From the NCBI RefSeq assembly GCF_963921235.1, contig NC_086108.1, positions 65,474,001 through 65,538,000 on the forward strand: a DNA stretch of 64,000 nucleotides. The letters are read 5' to 3'. Below, in pieces: positions 13,440 to 24,942 of this stretch; the stretch's first letter is position 1, and each line of letters begins with the position of its first letter. Below the pieces are notes generated by a model. It worked only from the letters and a program-made list of their open reading frames with translations, was not told the DNA's origin and searched no databases. This DNA comes from Mobula hypostoma (taxonomy: Eukaryota). A program made the position numbers and the translations under genes.

Positions 13440-14437
13440 GTCTAATCAAATTTATTGTCATTTAATTATATACATGTATATAACGTATATGACCACATAA
13501 TGTAGATAGAAATGAGACGTTTCTTCAAACTAGGGTGTAAAGCATAGTTGTACACATAACACACTTAACACATGATAACTTATGAAGGTAAGGATAAAAT
13601 CTACAGGTGAATCACACATAAATAACAAACTAAAGTGCATTAATATTAAATATTGTGATGTACGGAACAGATTAACCAGTGACACTTTGAATACATTGTG
13701 GCAGTGATTTCAGAAGACTAATTGCTTGGGGGAAAGTCTGTTTTGCATCCTGACTGTACTTTTTTTAATGCATTGTACTCTCCTGTCTGATGGTAGAAAG
13801 TCAAAGAGGGTGCTGGGTGGATGGGTGGGCCCTGCATATACAGTGCTCCTGATAAATGTCCCTGATGGATGGTAGGGAGACCCCTGTGATCCTCTTGGCT
13901 GTTCTCACAGTCCTTATAGGAACTTCTGGTCTGATGCTCCTGTAAAACACAGTTAAGATGGTGGTGGTGGGGGGGGGTGCCCTCAATCTTCTTTGGAAGT
14001 GGAGGGGCTACTGTGCCTTCTTGTTCAGGGAGGTGATATTAAGGGACCAGATGAGATCATCTGTGATGTGAATTCCCAGGAACTTGGTGCACTTAATCTT
14101 CTCTGTGGAGGACCCATGTATTTGCAGAGGGGGGATGGTTTGTCTGCACCTTCCTGAGGTCCACAATGATTTCCTTGATCTTCTCGATGTTCAGGCTTAG
14201 GTTGTTCTTCTCACACCAATCCACCAGCCACTCCACTACCTCTCTGTACTCTATCTCGTCATCATTCTTGATAAGGCCAGCCATTATTGTGTCATCCGCA
14301 AACTTGATGACACAATTTGAACTGGATCCTGCAACACAGTCATGCATCAGTAGTGTGAACAGCAGCAGCCTAAGCACACAGCTTTGGGGAGCACCAGTGC
14401 TCAATATAATGGGAAGGGAGACATTGCTGACCACTCA
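13440..14437 (-). mobile_element. Rex1/Babar-type LINE fragment (RT)
   Basis: ORF 14093..14434 reads TGAPQSCVL..LLFTL..HDC...KFADDT...WCEKNNLSLN. Confidence 0.85.
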
Positions 14438-14445
14438 GATTGTCC

Positions 14446-14678
14446 CAAGATCCTCTCATATCCCCTTTGTCAATCATCTGTCCAGCTCTTGGCTTCATCC
14501 CTCCCCCTCCTGTCTTCTCCTATCATTTTGGATCTCCCCCTCCTCCCACTTTCAAATCTCTTACTAATGCTTCCTTCAGTTAGTCCTGACGAAGGGTCTC
14601 GGCCTGAAACATCGACTGTACCGCTTCCTAGAGATGCTGCCTGGCCTGCTGCGTTCACCAGCAGCTTTGATGTGTGCT
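14446..14678 (+). mobile_element. Penelope-like element terminal repeat (pLTR) fragment with hammerhead motif
   Basis: Same repeat as 17114, 20980, 21345 and 60528. Flanked by GATTGTCC duplication at 14438-14445 and 14679-14686. Confidence 0.8.
14582..14617 (+). ncRNA. Minimal type I hammerhead ribozyme motif (helix III variant GAAACAUC)
   Basis: AGTC-CTGACGA-AGG gtctcgg CCT-GAAA-CA-TC-GACT: stem I AGTC/GACT, core CUGAnGA...GAAA, stem II AGG/CCT. Confidence 0.7.
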
Positions 14679-16304
14679 GATTGTCCATATATTCTCTGTT
14701 TTGGCTCCCAACTTTTAAAACCTATTTTATTTTTCTCTGCCTATGAGTTCTCTGCAAAGTTTTGCTTGCCAACTGTAATGGGTTGAAATAATGTTGATTT
14801 TCTTCACTGTAAACTAGGCTTTACTAACAGGTTTCCACCTTTTACCAGGCTACCTGGCATGGAATTTAATCCATTTACGGAAATTCAAATTCCATGGATC
14901 TATGTCCTAAAACTCTGGATTGGTACCTCCATGGTAACTAATGGAAAGAATAGAGAAGCCATATGGGTTGGAATATAATGTTGCCAATTGATCTTGCAGT
15001 TCTCTTTTCCTATTTGTGTAAATAAAGGACATATCCATGATCAATTTTATTCTATCTGTGATGTGCTTAATTGCAAAGATCCTCAATTCTTATTGCATTT
15101 AGTCATTTTACAAATTTGTTGGATATTTTTGTTAGTTCCTTTTATAATATCCAGTAATTAGCCAATTGTAATGTATACTTCATCAAAATCAGTGGCAAAT
15201 GATTATCTGCAAGGTATCCCGTCACTCAGACAGAATGAGTAAGGACATTATTTTCTGGAGGTGTCTCCCCAGCTCACTCTTCATCACATCCACTTCAGGC
15301 ATTTTATGCTAAAAGTGAAGATAGGATATGTTTGTCAAATTGAATGAATGGGAACAAAGAGTGATTAAGTTAGTAAGTTGATGTTTGCAAACAATATGTT
15401 TGATATTTGATATCTTGCACTTATTGGTATTATTTAGATGCTAAATATAAAAACTCCTCTGAGATCAGTCAACATAACTTCAGTTTCCCTGAGCAGTTTG
15501 CTGCTTTCACAACCACCCTCTAGAAGCTTTGTCTGTTTTCCTCCTAGTGACTAATTGATGGAAGCATCGTGACTCTGGAATCTTAGATGTAATGGCTACT
15601 AATGAGCACCAGATTCAACAGAAGCAAACATTTCTTGCCCGAATATATCTAGCTTACTTGCTTCTCCAGCTGCTCTTCAAGAAGTCGAGAGCCTAGATTT
15701 ATTCATTGTGATTATTTAACTTCTGACATTGATCGATTTATTTGAAATGGAAAATTATGGTGTTAAAATTACACTGATTAGATAACTGACCTCCCATCTG
15801 CTCATGTTTCATGTACGAGTGCCACGTTATTCTTTACGACCCAAGTAAATGTTCTTGCAGCAAACCATAACTTGCGCCTTCGGTAATACTAATGTTTGTA
15901 GTTTGTGGCCATATGCTATTCCTAGCCAGTTACAATATCATTAAGTCATAGAGATATACAGTATGGAAACCAACCCTATTAGCCCACCAAGTCCACACTA
16001 ACCATCCATCACACAGTTTGAATATTAATTCAATCCCAACTCATTTTATTCTCCCCATACTTATGTCAATTCAGAGCCAGATTTTACCAAATACCTAGAC
16101 ACAACGGGCACTGTAGAGTGGCTAATTAACTTACCAATAGGCATATTTTTGTGATGTAACAAGAAACGAAATGGGAGCAACCAGTGGAAATCCACACCAT
16201 AATATTGAGAATGTACAAATTCTACACACACAATGCCAGAGGTCAGGATTGAACCTGGAAGAAATTCTCACATTTATTTTTTATCATTATTTTACTTGGG
16301 CTAG

Positions 16305-16500
16305 GGTTGAGCATAAAAAGTGATCACAGAGGACCTGGAGCAATCATCAAAGACATTGAGGATGAGGGAGCTGCTGGAAGAGATGGACAACTCCAGAAGG
16401 GGGATTATATTGTTGCTTTGAACATGGAGCCCATTAGTGGTCTAAGTTCAATACAGAAGCAATTAATTTTTGCCAGTAAAGCCATCAATGAGGAAATCAT
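16305..16500 (+). CDS. PATJ: PATJ exon, core of the extra PDZ: (G)LSIKSDHRGPGAIIKDIEDEGAAGRDGQLQKGDYIVALNMEPISGLSSIQKQLIFASKAINEEI(M), phase 1-2
   Basis: Acceptor ctAG|GGTTG at 16304/16305 and donor ATCAT|GTGAGT at 16500/16501. It matches ORF 16307..16504 and has the PDZ signature GAAGRDGQLQKGD.I. Phases fit both neighbours. Confidence 0.92.
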
Positions 16501-17113
16501 GTGAGTATTTCCCTTATGTTTGTTGTGCATTTTTTGATTTGATTATTGTGGTGCGTATTGTCCCAGTTTCGCAAAGGTTTTATATAGGTTGAGCACCCCT
16601 TATGCAAAATTCCAAAATCCTAAAACCTCCAAAATCCAAAGTTTTTTTGAGCGCTGCATGACATCACAAACGGAAATTTCCACTAGGCGCAGGACAAGTT
16701 CCAGGGTGCAGGTCTTTGTGGACCATGGACAGTTTTGAGAAGTGATCTCACCTATGTAGTGAACAGAAGTGAAACAAAATTAGAAAAACACTGCATAAAG
16801 TGGAAAAGGAAGATCTTGATAAGCATTGAAAGAGTGGATTCATCAGCGGCAGAATGAATATATGCCACTTAATGGTATGCTGATCATGAAACAAGCAAAG
16901 ATCTATCACTACAAACCGAAAATTGAATGTAAAGTGTCTGCTAATGATGAACCAGCAGTGAAATTCGTTGATAAATTTCCCAAGATCGTCGCTGATGAAA
17001 ATCTAACATGCATCAGTACAGATGTGTGATGAATAAGAATATGATAAAGATTGCTTATCAGTGGCACATACTGTAAATTCAGAGTCGGGAATAATGACAA
17101 AGCGAAACAGCTA

Positions 17114-17282
17114 ACAACAGGAATTCTGCAGATGCTGGAAATTCAAGCAACACACATCAAAGTTGCTGGTGAACGCAGCAGGCCAGACAGCACCTCTAGG
17201 AAGAGGTACAGTCGACGTTTCAGGCTGAGACCCTTCGTCAGGACTAACTGAAGGAAGAATTAGTAAGAGATTTGAAAGTGGG
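17114..17282 (-). mobile_element. Penelope-like pLTR fragment inserted in the Tigger, 14-bp TSD
   Basis: AAGCGAAACAGCTA is duplicated at 17100-17113 and 17283-17296. Confidence 0.88.
17210..17245 (-). ncRNA. Minimal type I hammerhead ribozyme, intact core
   Basis: Minus strand reads AGTC-CTGACGA-AGG gtctcag CCT-GAAA-CG-TC-GACT, with palindromic ACGU helix III and a GUC cleavage triplet. Confidence 0.8.
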
Positions 17283-19591
17283 AAGCGAAACAGCTACTGA
17301 CTGTCCACCTGGGCAGCTAAGGTAGTGATAGCTTATCTTTCTGATAGTTCAATACACACATTATTGTTTCATGCACAAAATTATTAAAAAAATTATATCA
17401 AACTACCTTCAAGGTATATGTACAAGTTGTAAATGAATTTCTTGTTTAGACTTGGGTCCCATCCCCAAGGTATTGCATTATTTCGATGCAAGTGTTCCAA
17501 AATCTGAAATCAGAAACACTTCCGGCCCCGGGCATTTCAGATAAGGTTTGCCCAATGTTGTGATTTTGTCACTAACCTCAGCTATTGACCAATGTCAATG
17601 GGGTCTGCCTGTAAAATAGTTTATTCTTGTGAATTATAACTTACCTAATTATGACTTCCTATAGAACTTATTTTTGGTAATTAGTCTTTTCTGTCTATAA
17701 AGTGAACACATATGCCAAGTTCACCAAGCTTCCAGACATTGTAGATTTAAGTTAGAAGCAGCAAATATGAGTCAAGCGTGTGGAGTTTAAATTAAAAACT
17801 GACGAAGATCTTGCTAATGGAAGACCATCATGCATTATTCTTTCTGTGTTCAGGATTTTTTTCTGAAGTGTTGAAAAAGATGTAGTGTTATTTGTGATTT
17901 TTTGGACTGTTTCAGCTGCATCTGTTGGAACCACTAGTGCACTGCCAATGAACTTGAACTGAGTTCTGGACTTCCACATATGTTCTCTGAGCCATGGAAA
18001 TCTGGTGTTGTAGTTACTTGAAGGCTAATTTGGCCTATTCATTCCACCATAGGATTACTTATGGGTTTCTTGTGGAGGGCTTCAGTTTGCTTGGATACCC
18101 TTTTTTTTTCCTCTGTGTGATCCTTTACAAAAATACACCTGACATAAGATCAAGAACGGTACTGTTTACATTGAGGATGGTGGGACAAAAATTTTGATGG
18201 AAGTATGAAGGTCAATTTGTTTTATTAACCTATTTTTCTGTATTGTAATGTTTAGTTATGTGGTTTTAATTTTTTTAATTGTTTTAGAAAAAACTTAACT
18301 GCCAATTGCAGTTTTTGCTGACTGTCAGAGTCAAGAGTGTTTTAGGGCAAGGTCCTGTCATCATCCACATTGTGCTGTTCGACTTTGAGGTGCACAGTGC
18401 CAACATGATAAGTCCTCCACATCAGACTAGGCATGGGTAGACTACTTGCAAATATTTCACACTTGGAGACTGGGCAGTTTCAATGTGAACTACTGTTAAT
18501 TTAATGTTACAGCCAAGGACAAATGCTGTTGAAGAAACAAATTTCCTTTAAAATGGAATTCTTGTCAATAATGAAACTTGTTTCCTGAGGCCATCATCCA
18601 AATAGTGACTGGTTATTTCGTTATTCAAGCCATGAGATTGCCTTGTCCAAAGGGAAAGTTCTTTCACTTTATCTGATTGTTGTTACGTTTCACTTCAGGC
18701 AAGATGACAGTTAACATTGTCAACTAACTCAAGCCTCAAATAGATTTTGTATGTTTTTCACTCTCACTTACTATACCCCTTTCTCTAACCTTGACAGACT
18801 CTACAATTATTCTTTTTGGCTTAGTATCAATTTTTGTTGAAATTCATTCCTGCTAAGTATCCTGATAAGTTTCTCCGTTAAAATTTTATGTTAATACGAC
18901 ATCATATTGTTATAGAAAAGTTCATTCACTTATCAATTGTCTTTCTCTTCAAGTAATAATGAATATTGGTCTTTAAATTACTAATTCTATAGTGCTTGGT
19001 TGCATGCAATTGTGCTGAAATAATGCATGTTAAAAATCCATAAGGATAAAAAGAATTATTCATGGATGATGTTGAAATGTGATAATCATGTATTCCTTAG
19101 TGCTTGTGAATACCCAAAAGGACTAGTCTACTCTTGCATGACAATATTTTTCCTGTTCCTTGCTATAAACACTGACTTTACACTGTGATTTATAAACTCT
19201 AACTCACTCTCAGAGCTTTGACTTTCCTCAAATGAGTCCTGCTTAGTTTTGAGACTTGATATTGGTCAAAGGGAATGCCGTGGGTTCTTACAGTGCAGTC
19301 CACTTCTGTATACCTTTTCAATGAGTTAATACTCAAGGGGAAAAATGCTAATTTAATTCTCCTCCATGATTTCTGGGTGCTACTTTAAACCTCGGCCCAT
19401 CAACTCCACCTGAAACTGGAGATTCATTGTGACAGCTCTGTATGAAGTATCTATTTTGTAACTAACTCTGAGCTCTTTAGTTAGTGGAATTTGTGGAAAC
19501 CAGTATAACTGGCCAAGAGAATGTTGTTTCTTTCTCTTAATTGAAATTGACTTTTAAATTACATTTCTTTTTTTGGTTGTGGGGAATTCAG

Positions 19592-19711
19592 GATTACTTA
19601 TATACCAGCAAAGGATGTGGATCACTATAAAAGATTTTTTGCTTCAAAGCAAACCAATTCTAGCAGTGCTGCAAAATTGACAACACAAGTGGGGATGAAA
19701 GCTGCTGCAAG
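19592..19711 (+). CDS. PATJ: PATJ exon (M)ITYIPAKDVDHYKRFFASKQTNSSSAAKLTTQVGMKAAA(S), end of the extra PDZ, phase 2-2
   Basis: Acceptor ttcAG|GATTACT and donor GCAAG|GTATTT; 120 nt open. ITYIPA matches recalled MPDZ ITYVPA. Confidence 0.87.
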
Positions 19712-21041
19712 GTATTTACATTGCTTCTTCTATGTATTTTTAGTTCACTTTTTAATACTTTTGGATGGATTTCCAAACTAAAAATTGTAAGCAGTTTTCC
19801 GGGGGGGGGGGGGGGTGAGTTTTGCTATTGAGATACGTAAATATTTTCAAACAAACAAAGCGCTGTCAGTATTTACAATTTGACAATGGTTGGAAGGTTC
19901 ACCAGTAGCTTCTAAATGTATATTTATAGAAATGTTTGACCAAGTTAAGGACAGATGTAGACTTTAGAGAGCAAAGCTGTACTGGGTTATCCAGTTATTA
20001 TGTCATTATTTAAGCTTATGTATTTATTCCAATTTTTATAATGTAATTTTAGAAAAGGTTTAGGGAGTCTTATATGCTCTGAAATTAGTTAAGGTCCTGA
20101 ATGACAATGACAGTGTTTTTTTTTAATTGTTTCTCATTGAAAAGGACCACCAAGGTGTATCAACTTGCTGCCATTTTCTACTACATCTTAGTGGCAGAAG
20201 TCAGATCTAACTTTACAAAAGTAAATTCTTAGAAAGCAGGTGGCTTAGAAAGGTCCTGGTTGAGTTCTGAAGTCATCTTCAACATCTTTAACCTCTCACT
20301 TAGGCAGTAGTGTACTCTTCCCATTTGCTTCAAGGAAACATCCATCTCCTTCATATCCCCAAGAAAATTAAAGTGTCCTATCACAATAATTCCAACCAGC
20401 TGTGCTACCATTGACCATAATAAAGTGCTTAAAGAGATTGACAATGGCCCACAACAGTGTTAACCTTCCAAACAATCTAGACTCTCTGCAATCTGCATTC
20501 AGTTTCAAAAAAGGACTACAGTCTACCAGTACATTCAGTACATTCAGCTCTGGATCACCTTGACAATAAATATATACCGTATACAGGTGTCCCCCACTTT
20601 TCGAATGTTCGCTTTACGAAACCTCACTGTTACGAAAGACCTACATTAGTACCCTGTTTTCGCTAACAGAAGGTGTTCTCACTGTTACGAAAAAAAGCAG
20701 CACGCGTGGAAAAAATCAGTGTGTGATAAAAGGCAGTGCGCGTCCCGAGCAGCCACTCTCCCCCGGAGTCGGAACTGCATTCTTGCCGGCATTGCTTAAA
20801 CACATGTCTGTGAGTAGCCATTTGCAAGATGAGTTCTAAGGTATCGGAAAAGCCTGAAAGAGCTGGTAAGAGTGTTACACTTAGCGTAAAACTAGACATA
20901 ATTAAGCGTTTTGATCGTGGTGAATGAAGTAAGGACTAAGTGGTTTGGCTTGTGGAAGCTGACGAAGATGATGTTGAAGCAACACACATCAAAGTTGCTG
21001 GTGAACGCAGCAGGTCAAGCAGCATCTTCAGGAAGAGGTAC

Positions 21042-21077
21042 AGTCGACGTTTCAGGCCGGGACCCTTCGTCAGGACT
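21042..21077 (-). ncRNA. Minimal type I hammerhead ribozyme, intact core
   Basis: Minus strand reads AGTC-CTGACGA-AGG gtcccgg CCT-GAAA-CG-TC-GACT. Confidence 0.8.
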
Positions 21078-21449
21078 AACTGAAGGAAGAGCTAGTAAGA
21101 GATTTGAGTAGGGGAGGGGGAGATCCAAAATGATAGAAGAAGACAGGAGGGGGAGGGATGACCAAGAAAGGATACATGGCCGTGATAGCGAGTCTGAGTC
21201 AAAATGTGGTCGAAAAGTTGAAGAGCCAAAGAAATTACAGATGGGGAGCAGTGAGAGATGGTTTCACTGAACTCCCATCGAAGAGAAGATTTAAACTTCT
21301 TCAGCGTAGGCATCACTGAAAGAGGCTTCGCAGTAGTGAATTTAAAAATGCAAACACGAGGAATTCTGCAGATGCTGGAAATTCAAGCAACACACATCAA
21401 AGTTGCTGGTGAAAGCAGCAGGTCAGGCAGCATCTTTAGGAAGAGGTAC

Positions 21450-21485
21450 AGTCGACGTTTCAGGCCGGGACCCTTTGTCAGGACT
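21450..21485 (-). ncRNA. Hammerhead ribozyme motif with core mutation (CUGACAA, G8A)
   Basis: Minus strand reads AGTC-CTGACAA-AGG gtcccgg CCT-GAAACGTC-GACT. Confidence 0.6.
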
Positions 21486-21943
21486 AACTGAAGGAAGAGC
21501 TAGTAAGAGATTTGAAAGTGGGAGGGGGAGGGGGAGATCCAAAATGATAGGAGAAGACAGGAGGATTTTGGCAACCCACGACCAAGAACTGACAGATGAA
21601 GAGCTGATGCAATTGGAAGAGGAAAGGATAACAATCGAAACCGAATGAGTAATGATAAAGTACAACTTTAATTTTGAGAGGGTACGTCGGTTTAGGGGAT
21701 ATTTGCAGGAAGGTTTGAGTGCTTACAAAGAACTGTATGATAGAAAAATGCGCGAGACTCAGCAGTCAAGCAAGCCTTCCACATCAGCCACAGCAGACGA
21801 CGAACCTCGACCTTCGACATCGAGGCGGGCAGTCATAGGAGTAGATGAGCTGCCTGCTGTAATGGAAACAGACGATGAGATGACACCCCAGTGTCCCACC
21901 ACCTCAGCACCCAGGCCGCGGACAGATACCGATTCATGGAGAA

Positions 21944-22180
21944 TGCAGCAGTAGCCGGGAAGCACCCAGCACATCTTTAAGAAAAAAGCCAAAATAAACA
22001 AACTAATTAATTAGGTACCACCTAGCACGTAATTGTCGGCCCAGATCAGAGGCAATGCAATCCACAATCATCTGTGATCTGGGCCGACATTTGCGTGCTG
22101 GGCGGCACCTAATTAATTAGCTTGTTTATTTCGGCTTTTTTTCTTAAAGATGTGCTGCGTGCCTCCGGGCTACCCCTGCA
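21944..22180. repeat. Long imperfect inverted repeat (arms of roughly 100 bp) inside the Tigger
   Basis: CAGCACATCTTTAAGAAAAAAGCC...CTAATTAATTAGGT...GTCGGCCCAGATCA pairs with TGATCTGGGCCGAC...ACCTAATTAATTAG...GGCTTTTTTCTTAAAGATGTGCTG. Confidence 0.9.
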
Positions 22181-22730
22181 TGCTTCGCGGATCGGTATCG
22201 GTTTGCTGTCCGGAAGGTGGGGGCCACTGCACCACCCAAACACCGATGACTCAGTCTAACACACCACCATCAGTGTGCTCCGCGCTTTCCCAATTCCGGT
22301 AAGTGATACTACACTGTACATACATTATTTCTACTTTAGATCGGCTGTGTATTTTTACGTGTTATTTGGTATGATTTGGCGGCTTCATAGCTTAAAGGTT
22401 ACTGGAGAGCACTTGCGCCATGTTTCTGTGGAGAGCGCTTGCGTAACATTTTCACTACAGAGAACAGTTCAGGCAATGATTGTGGAAAAGTATTTCTACT
22501 TTATATAAGCTGTGTATTTATCATATCATTCCTGCTTTTACTATATGTTACTGTTATTTTAGGTTTTATGTGTTATTTGGCATGATTTGGTAGGTTATTT
22601 TTGGGTCTGCGAACGCTCACAAAATTTTCCCATATAAATAAATGGCAATTGTTTCTTCACTTTACGACGTTCCAGCTTACGAACCATTTCACAGGAACGC
22701 TCTACCTTCTGATGGCGGGGGAAACCTGTA

Positions 22731-23449
22731 CATTCAGTGGCACTGTTCCCTCTAAGCTGCGCTGGTATGCGACCACACAGTAACGGAATTACTCCTGCAC
22801 AGATAGCTTTTGTTGCTGTGCCAAAAGAAAAAATGTATTTTCTTTTATATAATGTTTTATTAAAGTGCCATGTAAAAATATCCCGCTCAGAGCAATGGTT
22901 GATCCACGCAATTGCAAAAAAAAAATTAGAGGGCAAGTTATTCAGTGGTCACTTTATGATGTATGGAAGTGGAACCTGGTGTGGTCTTCTGCTGCTGTAG
23001 TCCATCCACTTCAAGGTTCAACATGTTGTAAATTCAGATATTCTTTCCTGCACACCATTGTTGTAACACATGGTTATTTGAGTTATTTCTGCCTTCCTGT
23101 TAACTTGAAGCAGCCTGGACCTCTCATTAACAAGTATTTTCATTCATGGAACTGTTGCTCGCTGGATTTTATTTTTCGTTTTTTTTTTGCACCATTCTCT
23201 GTAAACTCTAGAGACTTGTGTGTGAAAATCCCAAGAAATCAGCAGTTATTGAGTCACACAAACAACAACGTCTGACACCAACAATCATTCCATGGTCAAA
23301 GTCCCTTAGATTACATTTCTTCCCCATTCTTAGTTGGTCTGAGCAACAACTGAACCTCTTAACCACATCTGCATCTTTTATGCAGTGAGTTGCTGCCACA
23401 TGATTGGCTGATTAGACTGAATATTTGCATAAAGTGGCCACTGTGTGTA
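22731..23449. mobile_element. Tc1/mariner-type MITE whose left TIR is split by a hAT MITE
   Basis: TIR core CAGTGG(T/C)CACTTTAT at 22943-22957 and ATAAAGTGGCCACTG at 23429-23443. Begins TA|CATTCAGTGG. Confidence 0.75.
22741..22940. mobile_element. hAT-type MITE with 8-bp TSD
   Basis: Ends CACTGTTCCCTCTAA and TTAGAGGGCAAGTTA. TTCAGTGG is duplicated at 22733-22740 and 22941-22948. Confidence 0.75.
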
Positions 23450-23806
23450 TGTTAGGGTGTTATATGATTAGAGTTCAGTCTTCAACCCCATGATGCATAA
23501 TAAGGTGCAAGGAATTTCACTGCACATTGATGTATAATGACAATAATTTAAACTGAATCTAACCTGAATCTGATAGAAGGAACTCCTTGTCAAATTAAAT
23601 CCTTTCCTTTGAGGCCAATGATTATATATATAACCATTGCTGATTGAATAATAGTTCTGGTGATTAATAATAGTGCACATATTAAATACTTCTTAATTTG
23701 TTAGATTTTAAAATTAAAAATCTGTATTTGTATTTTTTTTCATTTTTGTTGTATAAAATTAAATGTAAACTTTGATTTTAACACAGTGTTATTCTTTTAT
23801 TATCAG

Positions 23807-23878
23807 TGAACTGCCAGAAAGAGAAGAAGGTGAAGGGGAAGAAACCCCAATTTTGAGTCATTGGGAGGCACCGCGAAG
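23807..23878 (+). CDS. PATJ: PATJ exon (S)[23 protein letters not shown](R), phase 2-2
   Basis: Acceptor tatcAG|TGAA and donor CGAAG|GTACAA; 72 nt. Near-identical to recalled human [27 protein letters not shown]. Confidence 0.95.
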
Positions 23879-24300
23879 GTACAATAGCATCAAACAGTTT
23901 AATTATTGTTTCCTACCTTGTTTCCTATTCTATTCCCTTCAAGTTTATTTATGTTTGTAGAGGCACATCATCAAAAAAGTTACATTGAACTATTGAAAAA
24001 GAAATTCTTTATCATACAAGATATGCCTAGACTTTCAAAGAAGCTCTTATGATAAATGACTATTATTATGTTTGCATTTTTTTTGATTGAAATGTAATAA
24101 AGTTGACGTTTCCTTTAGTACTGTGAGAAGTTTCATAGAAAACTTACCGGTTTTGGATGATTTTCTGTTTTTATGGGTTAAAATCAGAAAACGTGAGTTT
24201 TGATCTTGCGATATAACTACTAATTATAATGATACATTTGAATTTGATAACAAAAATACAAAGAATGATTTTTTCTCTTCATTTCTTATCTTCTTCACAG

Positions 24301-24478
24301 AGTTGAGCTTTGGCGAGTACCAGGTGAATCACTTGGTATCAGTATTGTTGGTGGTAACACAGTAATAAAAAAACTGAAAAATGGTGAGGAACTGAAAGGA
24401 ATTTTTATTAAACATGTCTTAGAGGAGAGTCCAGCTGGAAGATCAAATGCTTTGAAAACTGGGGACAAAATTATTGAG
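24301..24478 (+). CDS. PATJ: PATJ exon, N-part of the PDZ equivalent to human PATJ PDZ6: (R)[59 protein letters not shown], phase 2-0
   Basis: Long pyrimidine tract ending ttcttcacAG at 24300; donor GAG|GTAAAT; 178 nt. [18 protein letters not shown] is PATJ-type (MPDZ recalled as GMGSRLSNGEVMRGIFIK). Confidence 0.96.
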
Positions 24479-24862
24479 GTAAATTATTTTGAATTACATT
24501 ACCATTTTATCAATCAGTCTGTTCTTACTTAATAAGAGCCTAAGCAACTTCTGCTATAGTTGATGTTTGAGAATATCTTGGTACATTGAATATTTTCTTG
24601 GGATAAAAGACAAACATAAGCACTAAAGTTTTCAACCAAATTGATATGAAGAATCTTCAAACAACTATTTGTTTTGTTCTCTAAACACCATCCTGAATTT
24701 ACTGATTTTACATTTTTTTTCAAAAAACTGATTATTAAAGATTAAAAATACAATGGAAAATTATGTAGTTATGATGTTTAATTGGCAAATATATTGTAAA
24801 GTGTAATATGGAATCCAGATCTCTTTCATGCTTTCCTCATTAAAGACCTTCCCCAGCTAGGA

Positions 24863-24942
24863 CAGTGGTTCCCAACCCTTTTTATGCCATGGACCAGTAG
24901 CATTAAGCAAGGTGTCTGTGGAGTCCGGGTTGGGAATCCCTG
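24863..24942. mobile_element. Tiny hAT-Charlie-like MITE
   Basis: TIRs CAGTGGTTCCCAACC and GGTTGGGAATCCCTG; the TSD is degenerate. Confidence 0.65.

Larger units (their letters stand above)
16585..17560 (+). mobile_element. Internally deleted Tigger (Tigger4/Zombi-like pogo) DNA transposon
   Basis: Left end (T)AGGTTGAGCACCCCT; degenerate right end cagataaggtttgcccaatgttg. Carries a CENP-B/Tc5 HTH remnant LKEWIHQRQNEYMPLNGMLIMKQAKIYH. Confidence 0.78.
20980..21562 (-). mobile_element. Internally deleted Penelope-like element: pLTR, ORF 5' stub, pLTR
   Basis: Two direct copies of the pLTR flank a short minus-strand ORF start (21316: MPTLKKFKSSLRWEF...QTRYHGHVSFL). The unit interrupts the Tigger coding remnant between GATGTTGAAG and AGGATTTTGGCAACCCAC. 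Confidence 0.78.
20584..22728 (+). mobile_element. Internally deleted Tigger/pogo DNA transposon with TA TSD
   Basis: TA|CAGGTGTCCCCC...GGGGGAAACCTG|TA. Transposase N-terminus from ATG 20829 (MSSKVSEKPERAGKSVTLSVKLDIIKRFDRGE*, CENP-B-type HTH) and a C-terminal remnant HDQELTDEELMQLEEE; the DDE core is missing. Confidence 0.88.

Noticed and set aside
14446..21562. Repeated ~200-bp units as a CRISPR-like or satellite array
   Set aside because: Copies are dispersed, occur in both orientations and have their own TSDs; they are retroelement terminal repeats.
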